NCBI GenBank assembly: GCA_964016885.1
Contig: OZ024763.1
Coordinates: forward strand, 4,774,001-4,838,000
Origin: Eledone cirrhosa
Taxonomy: Eukaryota
Length of the DNA: 64,000 nt
Direction: 5' to 3'
Of this stretch, positions 39,747-52,221 are shown piece by piece; the stretch's first letter is position 1; every line of letters begins with the position of its first letter. Both the position numbers and the translations under genes were made by a program. The notes below the pieces were generated by a model. That model did not search any database, was not told the DNA's origin, and saw only the letters and a list, made by a program, of their open reading frames with translations.

Positions 39747-40400
39747 TAGAGCCAGTGGTGAATGTTGTGAAGAAATATAGAATGAGATGGTTAGGTCATG
39801 TGTTGAGGTATAGAGCCAGTTGTGAATGTTGTGAAGAAATATAGAATGAGATGATTAGGTCATGTGTTGTGGTATAGAGCCAATGGTGGATGTTGTGAAG
39901 AGATAAAGAATGAGATGGCTAAGTCATGTGTTTTGGTATAGAGCCAGTGATGGATATTGTGAAGAGAAATGGAATGAGATGGCTAAGTCATGTGTTGAGG
40001 TATAGTGCCAGTGATTGATGTTGTGAAGAGATATAGAATGAGATGGTTAGGTCATGTGTAGAGGTATAGAGCCAGTCGTGAATGTTGTGAAGAAATATAG
40101 AATGAGATGGTTAGGTCATGTGTTGAGGTATAGAGCCAATGGTGGATGTTGTGAAGAGATATAGAATGAGATGGTTAGGTCATGTGTTGAGGTATAGAGC
40201 CAATGGTGGATGTTGTGAAGAGATATAGAATGAGATGGTTAGGTCATGTGTTGAGGTATAGAGCCAGTGATGGATACTGTGAAGAGAAATGAAATGAGAT
40301 GGTTGAGTCATGTGTTGAGGAAGGATGAAAGTGACTAGGTGAGGGGAATAAAGCCTGTGATGAATGTTGTGTGAAGAGAAATGGAATGAGATGGTTGGGT
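39747..40400 (+). repeat. 64-bp tandem repeat derived from a LINE C-terminal coding motif
   Basis: Unit encodes VVKRYRMRWLGHVLR (RLRWFGHV motif). Confidence 0.85.
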
Positions 40401-40822
40401 AATTTTACACAGAAAACTTTGTTATGTTCCAAATATCAGATTTGTCATTAGAAATTTATTATATTACTAAATCCCATCCAAATAATTTTTGATTATTTTC
40501 AAAATTATTTGAAACTCACAGGCAGTGTCTTTCATTAGAAATATAGTATATAAAAATAGGTGGTTGTGCTGATGGCACAACAAAAAGCACCCAATCCATT
40601 CTGTAATGTGGTTGTGCTGGCAACATGACAAAAAGCGCCCAGTTCCCCCCTGTAAGGTAGTTGGTGTTAGAAAAGGCATCTAGCTGTAGAAACCAAGCCA
40701 AAATACAGATCTGTATGTGCAGGATGTGGTCACTTCACCTGACTTGTCTCATAACATGACAACCTGTCTAACCTATGCAAGTGTTGAAAAGATGAAAGAT
40801 GATGATGATATGCTGTACAAAC

Positions 40823-40874
40823 CTTTAACTTATTGAGGGCCACTTTCTTAGCAGCATTCATCTGGTTTTCATAT
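40823..40874 (-). CDS. PMS1: PMS1 exon (end of HMG box)
   Basis: RYENQMNAAKK (PMS1 RYNSQMKRA); phases 2/0. Confidence 0.88.
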
Positions 40875-41309
40875 CTGGAAAAAGATTGAAAACAACGGAA
40901 TTTTGTTTTTAATGATCTCAACTGTAGACCAGGCATAGACAAACCTTTTTCAAGCAGCGAGCTGCACGAGATATCGCTCATAATAAGGTGGGCCAAACTG
41001 CTAAAAAAACTTCAAGGTAATTTTTAGTAAGGTATGCCTTTCAGAAAACTAAACAGGGTCACAGTTTGCTATATATATACATATAGCAAACTGTGGCCAA
41101 ACTTTCCTCTTGCTTTATCTTCGTAAACTGCCAATGTTTTATTTTAACTTTAATTTTGTCCTTTAATATGACTGTAATCCTTGTATGTAAATTGCTATGC
41201 TATATTATTATAATGGATGTCAACCCACTGTGGGTCAATATATACATATGTTTCTATATGTCTCTTGTGTTGAAAAGGAGGTCAAGTATGTAAAAAAATC
41301 ACTGAATAA

Positions 41310-41358
41310 TTGCTCCGAAGACTCCAAACCTCGGTTTGGAAGAAACAATTGTAAGCAA
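41310..41358 (+). ncRNA. Type I hammerhead motif, CCGANGA variant (family 4)
   Basis: TTGCT-CCGAAGA-C-TCCAAAC(CTCG)GTTTGGA-A-GAAA-CAATTG-TA-AGCAA. Confidence 0.7.
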
Positions 41359-41571
41359 ATAAATGATTTAAACAGAACTTTGATTCATGTAATTTCTCTC
41401 TATATATATATATATATATGATATATAGATATATATATATATATGAAACAAATTTAAATAGTTTCGAAACCCAAGCAATGCATTAGAAAGAAAATTAAAT
41501 TTGTGTTTCCTATTCAACAATGCTTTAAGGAAGCTACAAAACTCTGTTTTATATATATATATATATATATA

Positions 41572-41966
41572 TATGATATTAAATAAATGGAAACTATATT
41601 TATAAAACCATATTTATTTCATTATATATATTTCAGGGATATCATATTAACAATATGTTATGCCTTCTTCAGACAAAATACAATATAAACAGTCTTATAA
41701 ATAAATAGATGACATACCTTTCAATCGACTTGCATTTGGGAAGTTGATTTGGCAGTAAAAAATATTGTGGATATTTTTTACTGCCAAATCAACTTCCCAA
41801 ATGCAAGTCGATTGAAAGGTATGTCATATCTATTTATTTATAAGACTGTTTATATTGTATTTTGTCTGATGAAGGCATAACATATTGTTAATATGATATC
41901 CCTGAAATATATATAATGAAATAAATATGGTTTTATAAATATAGTTTCCATTTATTTAATATCATA
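41572..41966. repeat. ~395-bp near-perfect palindrome with a hammerhead motif in each arm
   Basis: Loop ~41766-41770; related single copy at 29318-29570. Confidence 0.9.
41858..41923 (+). ncRNA. Type I hammerhead motif (family 5)
   Basis: TATTTTGT-CTGATGA-AGG..CCT-GAAA-TATATA-TA-ATGAAATA. Confidence 0.6.
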
Positions 41967-42051
41967 AATATACTCCAAATACTTGTTGAGTGCTTTTATA
42001 TCAGTTATAAATATTTACTCGTTGTTAACCCAACAATTTAAATATAACTTT

Positions 42052-42100
<49 letters not shown>

Positions 42101-42295
42101 AAATAAGAATTGCAGCTTTTTGTAAACTTTATTACATATGTTGGATAGGGTGTGTGGGTAGGAAGGTGGTGGACATGGGGGGGGGGGTGCAGAGACGATA
42201 GAGCCAATGCTGGGTTTTACATCGAGGGAGATAGAAGCATTTAAAACATTGAAATAATTGAAAATAGATGGAGAGAGAAGTTAATTGAAACTCAA

Positions 42296-43256
42296 ACTTA
42301 TGTATGGCTATTCCATGGTCATTCAGCAGGGGGAGGCAACATGGCTGCTGGCCACACGTAGACTTATGTAGGGCTATTCCATGGTCATTCAGCAGGGGGA
42401 GGCAACATGGCTGCTGGCCACACGTAGACTTATGTATGGCTATTCCATGGTCATTCAGCAGAGGGAGGCAACATGGCTGCTGGCCACACGTAGACTTATG
42501 TATGGCTATTCCATGGTCATTCAGCAGGGGGAGGCAACATGGCTGCTGGCCACACGTAGACTTATGTAGGGCTATTCCATGGTCATTCAGCAGGGGGAGG
42601 CAACATGGCTGCTGGCCATACGTAGACTTATGTATGGCTATTCCATGGTCATTCAGCAGGGGGAGGCAACATGGCTGCTGGCCACACGTAGACTTATGTA
42701 GGGCTATTCCATGGTCATTCAGCAGAGGGAGGCAACATGGCTGCTGGCCACACGTAGACTTATGTATGGCTATTCCATGGTCATTCAGCAGGGGGAGGCA
42801 ACATGGCTGCTGGCCATACGTAGACTTATGTATGGCTATTCCATGGTCATTCAGCAGGGGGAGGCAACATGGCTGCTGGCCACACGTAGACTTATGTATG
42901 GCTATTCCATGGTCATTCAGCAGGGGGAGGCAACATGGCTGCTGGCCATACGTAGACTTATGTATGGCTATTCCATGGTCATTCAGCAGGGGGAGGCAAC
43001 ATGGCTGCTGGCCACACGTAGACTTATGTAGGGCTATTCCATGGTCATTCAGCAGGGGGAGGCAACATGGCTGCTGGCCACACGTAGACTTATGTAGGGC
43101 TATTCCATGGTCATTCAGCAGGGGGCGGCAACATGGCTGCTGGCCACACGTAGACTTATGTATGGCTATTCCATGGTCATTCAGCAGGGGGAGGCAACAT
43201 GGCTGCTGGCCATACGTAGACTTATGTATGGCTATTCCATGGTCATTCAGCAGAGG
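42296..43256. repeat. 66-bp highly homogeneous minisatellite, ~14.5 copies
   Basis: GACTTATGTATGGCTATTCCATGGTCATTCAGCAGGGGGAGGCAACATGGCTGCTGGCCACACGTA. Confidence 0.97.
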
Positions 43257-44175
43257 TCAACCACACAACAGCTCAGGAGCCAGACCCATGACATTATGTT
43301 TGTAGGTCCAACACGTGCCTCCATTGAAAGATATGGTACATTGTAAATAAAGTGTGGCCTATCAACTGCTATGACTTATACATCAATATATATCATATAT
43401 ATACACGAGTAATCGTAAGGTTGTGAGTTCGATTCCTGGACCAGGCGATGCGTTATGTCCTTGAGCAAGACACTTTATTTCACGTTGCTCCTTCTACCTG
43501 GAGTTGCGACCGATAGATAGTATTAGCAATTGGAAAGACCAACGGAAACATTGTTACCTCGGTCCGATTTGACGAAAGTCAATCGTTCCTTTATATATGA
43601 TATATACAAATGTACAACAGCAACACAATATAAATATAAATATATATATATATACACGTAAAATACCATTAAAACAAATACTTGTATAACGAAATGTTTT
43701 TCAAACCCTGAAGTAATAAACTCTTCATTTGCTTCAGTTGATCTCATTATAAAGAATTTTTCATTACAACAAATTTTTTTGATACCCGATGAATTTTGTT
43801 ATAACAGAATTTTCCTGTATATATATATATATATATATATATGTAGGAGGTGAGTTTTATTGTAGTACAATAAAGCAATGCAGATATCGGATAAGAAGCA
43901 CTCTACAGTTTGTGGGACTGGAGTATGCATAATATAAGATCAAAAGATGGTTAAAGGAGTTCAATATATTTTATTATGCGCATTTCAAAAACAAACATCA
44001 TCAAATAATAATATTTGTGTTTTCATCAGATAATCAAATAATAATATTTGTGTTTTCATCAGATAATCAAATAATAATATTTGTGTTTTCATCAGATAAA
44101 ACAGGAGAACATATGTTGATTTAAAACTGCACTATCAACAAGTGTTTTTTTTAGCCTTCATATCATGTTCTCCTG

Positions 44176-44242
44176 TTTTATCTGATGAAAACACAAATAT
44201 TATTATTTGATGATGTTTGTTTTTGAAATGCGCATAATAAAA
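44176..44242 (+). ncRNA. Type I hammerhead motif (family 6) inside inverted repeat 43930-44280
   Basis: TTTTAT-CTGATGA-long helix II-GAAA-TGCGCA-TA-ATAAAA; mirror copy at 43969-44033. Confidence 0.7.
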
Positions 44243-44274
44243 TATATTGAACTCCTTTAACCATCTTTTGATCT

Positions 44275-44318
<44 letters not shown>

Positions 44319-44539
44319 GATATATATGAAATTTTGTTATAACAGAATTTTCCTGTGTATATATATATATATATATATATAGTTTTGCGAGGTTTTTTAT
44401 ATGAAATCGTGTGTCGAAACAGATATTGTTATATTTGGGGAGGGTCATATTTGCGTAATATTGCCAGAATTAATAAAGTGAGTGTGTTCTGTTATTAATT
44501 CTGGCAATATTACGCAAATATGACCCTCCCCAAATATAA

Positions 44540-44658
44540 CAATATATATATATATATATACAGGATATATATGAAATTTTGTTATAACAGAATTTTCCTG
44601 TATATATATATATATATATATACAGGATATATATGAAATTTTGTTATAACAGAATTTT

Positions 44659-44701
<43 letters not shown>

Positions 44702-44798
44702 GATATATATGAAATTTTGTTATAACAGAATTTTCCTGTATATATTATATATATATATATACAGGATATATATGAAATTTTGTTATAACAGAATTTTC

Positions 44799-44834
<36 letters not shown>

Positions 44835-44868
44835 GATATATATGAAATTTTGTTATAACAGAATTTTC

Positions 44869-44920
<52 letters not shown>

Positions 44921-44965
44921 GATATATATGAAATTTTGTTATAACAGAATTTTCCTATATATATA
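44540..44965. repeat. Array of CAGG..CCTG-bounded ~40-bp units separated by (TA)n
   Basis: CAGGATATATATGAAATTTTGTTATAACAGAATTTTCCTG, six copies plus one at 44316. Confidence 0.9.
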
Positions 44966-45260
44966 TATCATCATCATCATCATCAACGTTTAACGTCCGT
45001 GTTCCACGCTTGCATGGGTTTGGACGGGGGTAGTCCCACTTGAGGCAAGAGTGATTGTCTTGCTCGCATAGGACTGTCTGGCAGGTTTTCTACAGTTGGA
45101 TGCCCTTCCTAACACCAACCACATTTACAGTGTGGGTCTGGGACGTTTTTACCGTGTTGCCTACACGGCCACATTACAGCGTGGACTGTGTGTTTTTTTG
45201 TCGTGACACCTACACGATCTCATTTGTTTCGGCCTGGATGGCGCGGCACCAACATAACTT

Positions 45261-45313
<53 letters not shown>

Positions 45314-45553
45314 GATATATATGAAATAGACCAGGATTTTTTCATTCTGATGATTGAAAGCAAATTTTTTTGCTCTTAAGAAACCACTGGTAAATGGAAT
45401 AATTGCCTTATGTTGTTTATTACATAACTATTAAGCTCTGTTACCTACATAGAGCACTCTTTTTTCCTGGACTTCTCTGACGGAATTACTTCATTTATAA
45501 ATATATATATATATATATAGAGAGAGAGATAAAATAAAAATATAAAAATCAAC

Positions 45554-45677
45554 CTTTTTAGGTCCTTTTCATAGAGTTTTTCGTAATTATTCTTCTCTAA
45601 TTCTGATAACTGTTTCCACTGGACGGAAATCTGCTTCTGAATTTCATCACTTGTCATGTCAGCATTCCCCTGGAGTA
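45554..45677 (-). CDS. PMS1: PMS1 exon (HMG box)
   Basis: LLQGNADMTSDEIQKQISVQWKQLSELEKNNYEKLYEKDLKR; phases 1/2. Confidence 0.93.
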
Positions 45678-47074
45678 CTTTAGTGGTAGAGGTAGAACAG
45701 TAATTTTAGTCATCATCATCATCATCATCATGACCATCCCCAACACCACCACCACCACCACTACCACCATCAACACATCTCCACTACTACTACTACCACC
45801 ACCACCACCACTACCACCATCAACACATCATCTCCACTACTACTACCACCGCCACCACTATCACCATCAACACATCATCTCCACTACTACTACTACTACC
45901 ATCACTTCCACCATCAACATCTCCAGTACTATTACTACTACCACCACCACCACCACCAACACATCATCTCCACTACTACCACCACCATCACCACTACCAC
46001 TATCACCGTTTTGCATTTGCTCTTTCTGCTAGCAATGGTTGGACAAGTCACCAGCTGACCAGGCTAGTACTGGCCTCAAAGATGGGCCAGGAGCCTGCAT
46101 CTCAACTTGTATGAGTTCTGCACTTTACCAAGTTTTCACACAGACTGGCACCCTGCAACTCATGTTTATCATGACTCTAGCACTAGAGAGGTCATCATGT
46201 CTTTGACACAACTGAAGAGGCTTCCCAACTCCATGTTTGGCAAGTTTTTTTATAGCTGGATGCCATTCCTATCACCAACCACTTAACAGTGTACTGGGTA
46301 CATTTTATCATGACACTAACACTAGAGAGGTTGTCATGTCTTTGACAGAACTGAAGGGGCCTCCCAACCCTTTGTTTGGCAAGTTTTCTATGGCTGAATA
46401 CCCTTCCTGTACCAGCCATGACAAAGATTTTAGTGGTAACTTAACATTCTGCAATGATTTCGTAGAAAAAAAATCGAAAAACAAATTTAATTCAAATGTT
46501 TATAGTACCTTTACTAGTGGACAGATTGTTGTGAAAATTTGCAGTAGTTAAGTAAAGACTTTAATATTTAATGTGATGCAGTCATAGCATTGTTTTATAC
46601 TAAATATTTATTGTATCTTTACTTTAATATTTAATCTGATGCAGTGCTGTTTTTGGTATCACAGAATATCCAGTCCATGCTGTAATGTGGTCATGTGGAA
46701 GACACGGTAAAAAGACTCCCAGTCAACACTGTAAATGTGGTTGGTGTTAGGAAGGGCATCCAGCCGTAGTAAACCTGCCAGATCAGATACAGTCCTATAC
46801 GAGCGAGACACGGTCACCCGATCAATCTTGCCTCAAGTGGAACAATTCCCGTCTCACACAGGCTAGCGTGGAAGATAGACATTAAACGATGATGATGATG
46901 ATAATTTCAAGAATATCTTTCTATTGTAGTTTTGTGTGTTTTGTTAATTCCAATGTTTATAGTATGGACTGGGTGCTTTTCATTGTAACACTAGCATAAC
47001 TACTGGGTGGATTTTATCATGGCACCAACATTACTGCCTTACAGAGCAGACTGGATGTATTTTATAATGGCACC

Positions 47075-47568
47075 AACATACTTTACAGAGTGTACTGAGT
47101 GTATTTTATCATGGTACCAGCACTACCACTTTACAAAGTGTACTGGGTGTATTTTATTATGGTACCAGCACTACCACTTTACAGAGTGTACTGAGTGTAT
47201 TTTATCATGGTACCAGCACTACCACTTTACAAAGTGTACTGGGTGTATTTTATTATGGTACCAGCACTACCACTTTACAAAGTGTACTGGGTGTATTTTA
47301 TTATGGTACCAGCACTACCACTTTACAGAGTGTACTGAGTGTATTTTATCATGGTACCAGCACTACCACTTTACAGAGTGTACTGAGTGTATTTTATCAT
47401 GGTACCAGCACTACCACTTTACAAAGTGTACTGGGTGTATTTTATTATGGCACCAGCACTACCACTTTACAGAGTGTACTGAGTGTATTTTATCATGGTA
47501 CCAGCACTACCACTTTACAGAGTGTACTGAGTGTATTTTATCATGGTACCAGCACTACCACTTTACAA
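47075..47568. repeat. 48-bp minisatellite, ~10 copies
   Basis: CTTTACAGAGTGTACTGAGTGTATTTTATCATGGTACCAGCACTACCA. Confidence 0.95.
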
Positions 47569-47627
47569 CATGAGGGTGTTTGGTGTGTTTTAAAAATAAA
47601 AACAATAGATTATGTTGAAATACTCAC

Positions 47628-47727
47628 ATTTAGTCCGGGTTTCATTTAAGAAAATATTAAATGCTGTGACTGGACGTTTGATAGGTTGGCTACCGACTAA
47701 ATCATACAATCGCATCTGATCATTGGG
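47628..47727 (-). CDS. PMS1: PMS1 exon (HMG box start)
   Basis: PNDQMRLYDLVGSQPIKRPVTAFNIFLNETRTK (PMS1 AYDLLSNRVIKKPMSA); GTGAGT donor. Confidence 0.92.
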
Positions 47728-48462
47728 CTAAAATAATTGATAGAGCTATTATATCATAAGGTTATTGCCAGAAGAACTGGTAGAGCGTCAGACAACATGC
47801 TTTGTGGCATATAGATACATCCCTTTATGTTCTGAGTTCAAATCTTATTGATGTTAGCTTTGCCTTCCATCCTTACGGCGTCAATAAAATACAGTACCAG
47901 TAATACACTGGGGTCAATTTAATCGACTCTCCCCTCACCCCAAATTGTTGGCCTTGTGCCTAAATCAGAAACTTTTATTAATACTACTACTACTGAGTTC
48001 GAAACACATCTAGGTTAACTTTGCCTTTCATCTTTACAGGGTTGATAAAATAAAGTACCAGTAACGCACTGGAGTGAATTTAATCGACTTTCCTCTCCTC
48101 CAAAATTGTTGGCGTTGTATCTAAATCAGAAACTATTATATCATTAGGTTAACCATTTGATACCAAACTACTTGAAACCCCACCTGGTTCTATCGCGTCG
48201 GAGTTATGGTGGCTGTTTATTTTAACTCTTTTCATACCAAACTGCCTGAAACCAAGCCTGCAGGGTCAGCTACCACCAGCTGAGGCTCTAAACTATATAA
48301 AATTTGAGGTCCCTCTCTAAAAAAATTTGAGTAAAAAAGTTACAGGTTCATACATACATTTAAATTAATTTCTTCCAACATAATTTTATATAAGAACAAC
48401 TTGTTACAAATACTATTTGAAATAATAATTTTAGTAAATCCCTTTCACCCAATCATTATTAA

Positions 48463-49691
48463 CCCTTTAGCATTTAAACCGGCCGTATCCGTCCAAAATT
48501 CACTCATCTCTTTCTGTCCAAACTGGCTGTAACTGGCCACTCATACTGACGTTAAGGTATTGTTCTCAAAATAAATAACACAAAAATCTTGTAGATTCGA
48601 TATTATGTTAAATAATTATATGAAGTAAAGACTTTACTGTGAAAATACAATAGTAAATATAGAGTCATGTAAATATTATGTGAGATATTATGTAAGGTAA
48701 AACCTTTACTGTGAAAATACAATAGTATATATAGAGTAATGTAAATGTTATGTGAGATATTATGTAAGGTAAAGCCTTTACTGTGAAAATACAATAGTAT
48801 ATATAGAGTAATGTAAATGTTATGTGAGATATTATGTAAGGTAAAGCCTTTACTGTGAAAATACAATAGTATATATAGAGTAATGTAAATGTTATGTGAG
48901 ATATTATGTAAGGTAAAGCCTTTACTGTGAAAATACAATAGTATATAGAGAGTAATGTAAATATTATGTGAGATATTATGTAAGGTAAAGTCTTTACTAT
49001 GAAAATACAATAGTATATATAGAGTCATGTAAATGTTATGTGAGATATTATGTAAGGTAAAACCTTTACTGTGAAAATATAATAGTATATATAGAGTAAT
49101 GTAAATGTTATGTGAGATATTATGTGAGGTAAAGCCTTTACTGTGAAAATATAATGGTCTATATAGAGTAATGTAAATGTTATGTGAGATATTATGTAAG
49201 GTAAAGCCTTTACTGTGAAAATACAATAGTATATATAGAGTAATGTAAATGTTATGTGAGATATTATGTAAGGTAAAGCCTTTACTGTGAAAATATAATA
49301 GTATATATAGAGTAATGTAAATGTTATGTGAGATATTATGTGAGGTAAAGCCTTTACTGTGACAATACAATAGTATATATAGAGTAATGTAAATGTTATG
49401 TGAGATATTATGTAAGGTAAAACCTTTACTGTGAAAATATAATAGTATATATAGAGTAATGTAAATGTTATGTGAGATATTATGTGAGGTAAAGCCTTTA
49501 ATGTGAAAATACAATAGTATATATAGAGTAATGTAAATGTTATGTGAGATATTATGTAAGGTAAAGCCTTTACTGTGAAAATACAATAGTATATATAGAG
49601 TAATGTAAATGTTATGTGAGATATTATGTGAGGTAAAGCTTTTACTGTGAAAATACAATAGTATATATAGAGTAATGTAAATGGTAAAGGG
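48463..49691 (+). mobile_element. TTAA-flanked piggyBac-type MITE with internal 72-bp satellite expansion
   Basis: TTAA-CCCTTTAGCATT ... AATGGTAAAGGG-TTAA; unexpanded 218-bp copy at 55470-55687. Confidence 0.85.
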
Positions 49692-49855
49692 TTAATAAAT
49701 ATATATATATATATACACACATAAACTCATCAACAGGCACACAGGTATATATCTCACACACAAACACCAAACAGATGCATCAAGTTACATCATACACACA
49801 TAAACACAAGCACACACACACATACATACATATAGTTATGAAGACATTAACTTAC

Positions 49856-49966
49856 CCTTGGCAGAGAAGGCTTCTTTTTAACCTGAAGATGATGTGGAAG
49901 TGGTGATGTTGACTGGGGCTTGAGAGTAGTTTGGTGACCACTACTGGGAGACAACAGACGGACTGG
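49856..49966 (-). CDS. PMS1: PMS1 exon
   Basis: PVRLLSP.. continues DWSRG..ILQ (PMS1 EWSRG..IEPVKILVP); GTAAGT donor; phases 0/0. Confidence 0.88.
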
Positions 49967-50061
49967 CTAAAACAAACAACAAAGGCTATAAGTTAACAAA
50001 ATCTATTGACATTATATCAAATAACTGAGTCGTATCTAATAAATACAAAATACATTATTAA

Positions 50062-51820
50062 CCCTTTAGCATTTAAACCAGCCATATCCAGCCAAAATTC
50101 TCTCACCTCTTTCTGTTCAAACTAGCCGTAACCAGCTGCTCATACTGACGTTAAGGTATTGTTCTCAAAATAAATATCAAAATCTCATAGAGTCAATATT
50201 ATGTGAGGTAAAGACTTTACCGTGAAAGTACAATAGTATATATAGAGTAATGTAAAGGTTATGTGAGATATTATGTGAGGTAAAGCCTTTACTGTGAAAA
50301 TACAATAGTATATATAGAGTAATGTAAATGTTATGTGAGGTAAAGCCTTTACTGTGAAAATACAATAGTATATATAGAGTAATGTAAATGTTATGTGAGG
50401 TAAAGCCTTTACTGTGAAAATACAATAGTATATATAGAGTAATGTAAATGTTATGTGAGGTAAAGCCTTTACTGTGAAAATACAATAGTATATATAGAGT
50501 AATGTAAATGTTATGTGAGGTAAAGCCTTTACTGTGACAATACAATAGTATATATAGAGTAATGTAAATGTTATGTGAGATATTATGTGAGGTAAAGCCT
50601 TTACTGTGAAAATATAATGGTCTATATAGAGTAATGTAAATGTTATGTGAGATATTATGTGAGGTAAAGCTTTTACTGTGAAAATACAATAGTATATATA
50701 GAGTAATGTAAATGTTATGTGAGGTAAAGTCTTTACTGTGAAAATACAATAGTATATATAGAGTAATGTAAATGTTATGGGAGATATGTGAGGTAAAGCC
50801 TTTACTGTGAAAATACAATAGTATATATAGAGTAATGTAAATGTTATGTGAGGTAAAGCCTTTACTGTGAAAATACAATAGTATATATAGAGTATTGTAA
50901 ATGTTATGTGAGATATTATGTGAGGTAAAGCATTTACTGTGAAAATATAAAGGTCTATATAGAGTATTGTAAATGTTATGCGAGATATTATGTGAGGTAA
51001 AGCATTTACTGTGAAAATATAAAGGTCTATATAGAGTATTGTAAATGTTATGTGAGATATTATGTGAGGTAAAGCATTTACTGTGAAAATATAAAGGTCT
51101 ATATAGAGTAATGTAAATGTTATGGGAGATATTATGTGAGGTAAAGCCTTTACTGTGAAAATACAATAGTATATATAGAGTAATGTAAATGTTATGTGAG
51201 ATATTATGTGAGGTAAAGCCTTTACTGTGACAATACAATAGTATATATAGAGTAATGTAAATGTTATGTGAGATATTATGTGAGGTAAAGCCTTTACTGT
51301 GACAATACAATAGTATATATAGAGTAATGTAAATGTTATGTGAGATATTATGTAAGGTAAAGCCTTTACTGTGAAAATACAATAGTATATCTAGAGTAAT
51401 GTAAATGTTATGTGAGATATTATGTGAGGTAAAGCCTTTACTGTGAAAATACAATAGTAAATATAGAGTAATGTAAATGTTATGTGAGATATGTGTGGTA
51501 AAGCCTTTACTGTGAAAATACAATAGTGTATATAGAGTAATGTAAATGTTATGTGAGGTAAAGCCTTTACTGCGAAAATACAATAGTATATATAGAGTAA
51601 TGTAAATGTTATATGAGATATTATGTGAGGTAAAGTCTTTACCATGAAAATACAATAGTATATATAGAGTAATGTAAATGTTATGGGAGATATTATGTGA
51701 GGTAAAGCCTTTACTGTGAAAATACAATAGTATATATAGAGTAATGTAAATGTTATGTGAGGTATTATGTGAGGTAAAGCCTTTACTGTGAAAATACAAT
51801 AATATATATAGAGTAATGTG
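50062..51820 (+). mobile_element. Second copy of the same MITE with 72/60-bp satellite expansion, right end missing
   Basis: TTAA-CCCTTTAGCATT start; array 50195-51820. Confidence 0.85.
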
Positions 51821-52221
51821 GTGATGATGCAATTACCCCAGTACATTACTGGTACTTTATTTTATCAACCCTGTAAGGATGAAAGGAAAGGTTAACCTCA
51901 GCAGGATTTGAACTCAGGCCATAACTCTATGCTGCAAAGCATAGAGTTACGTCCCTTTAATGTTGTTTCATGAGGTTTGTTAATTCAAATGTTTATAGTA
52001 ATTTTACTGGTGTACAGGTTGTTTAAATGTGCAGTATTACAGTAAAGACTTTAATATTTAAAGCAGTCATAGTGTTGTTTTGTAATTCTCAAGAATGTTT
52101 TACTAATGTGGTTCATCATCATCATCATCATCATCAGGTTTAGCGTCCGTGTTCCACGCTTGCATGGGTTTGGACGGGGGTAGTCCCACTTGAGGCAGGA
52201 GTGGTTGTCTTGCTCGCATAG

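Noticed and set aside
42296-43256. CRISPR-like array (also 29820-31490, 44540-44965)
   Set aside because: No unique spacers and no cas genes; eukaryotic tandem repeats
48603-51832. 351-aa and 551-aa His/Tyr-rich repeat proteins
   Set aside because: Stop-free frames of a MITE-derived satellite inside PMS1 introns
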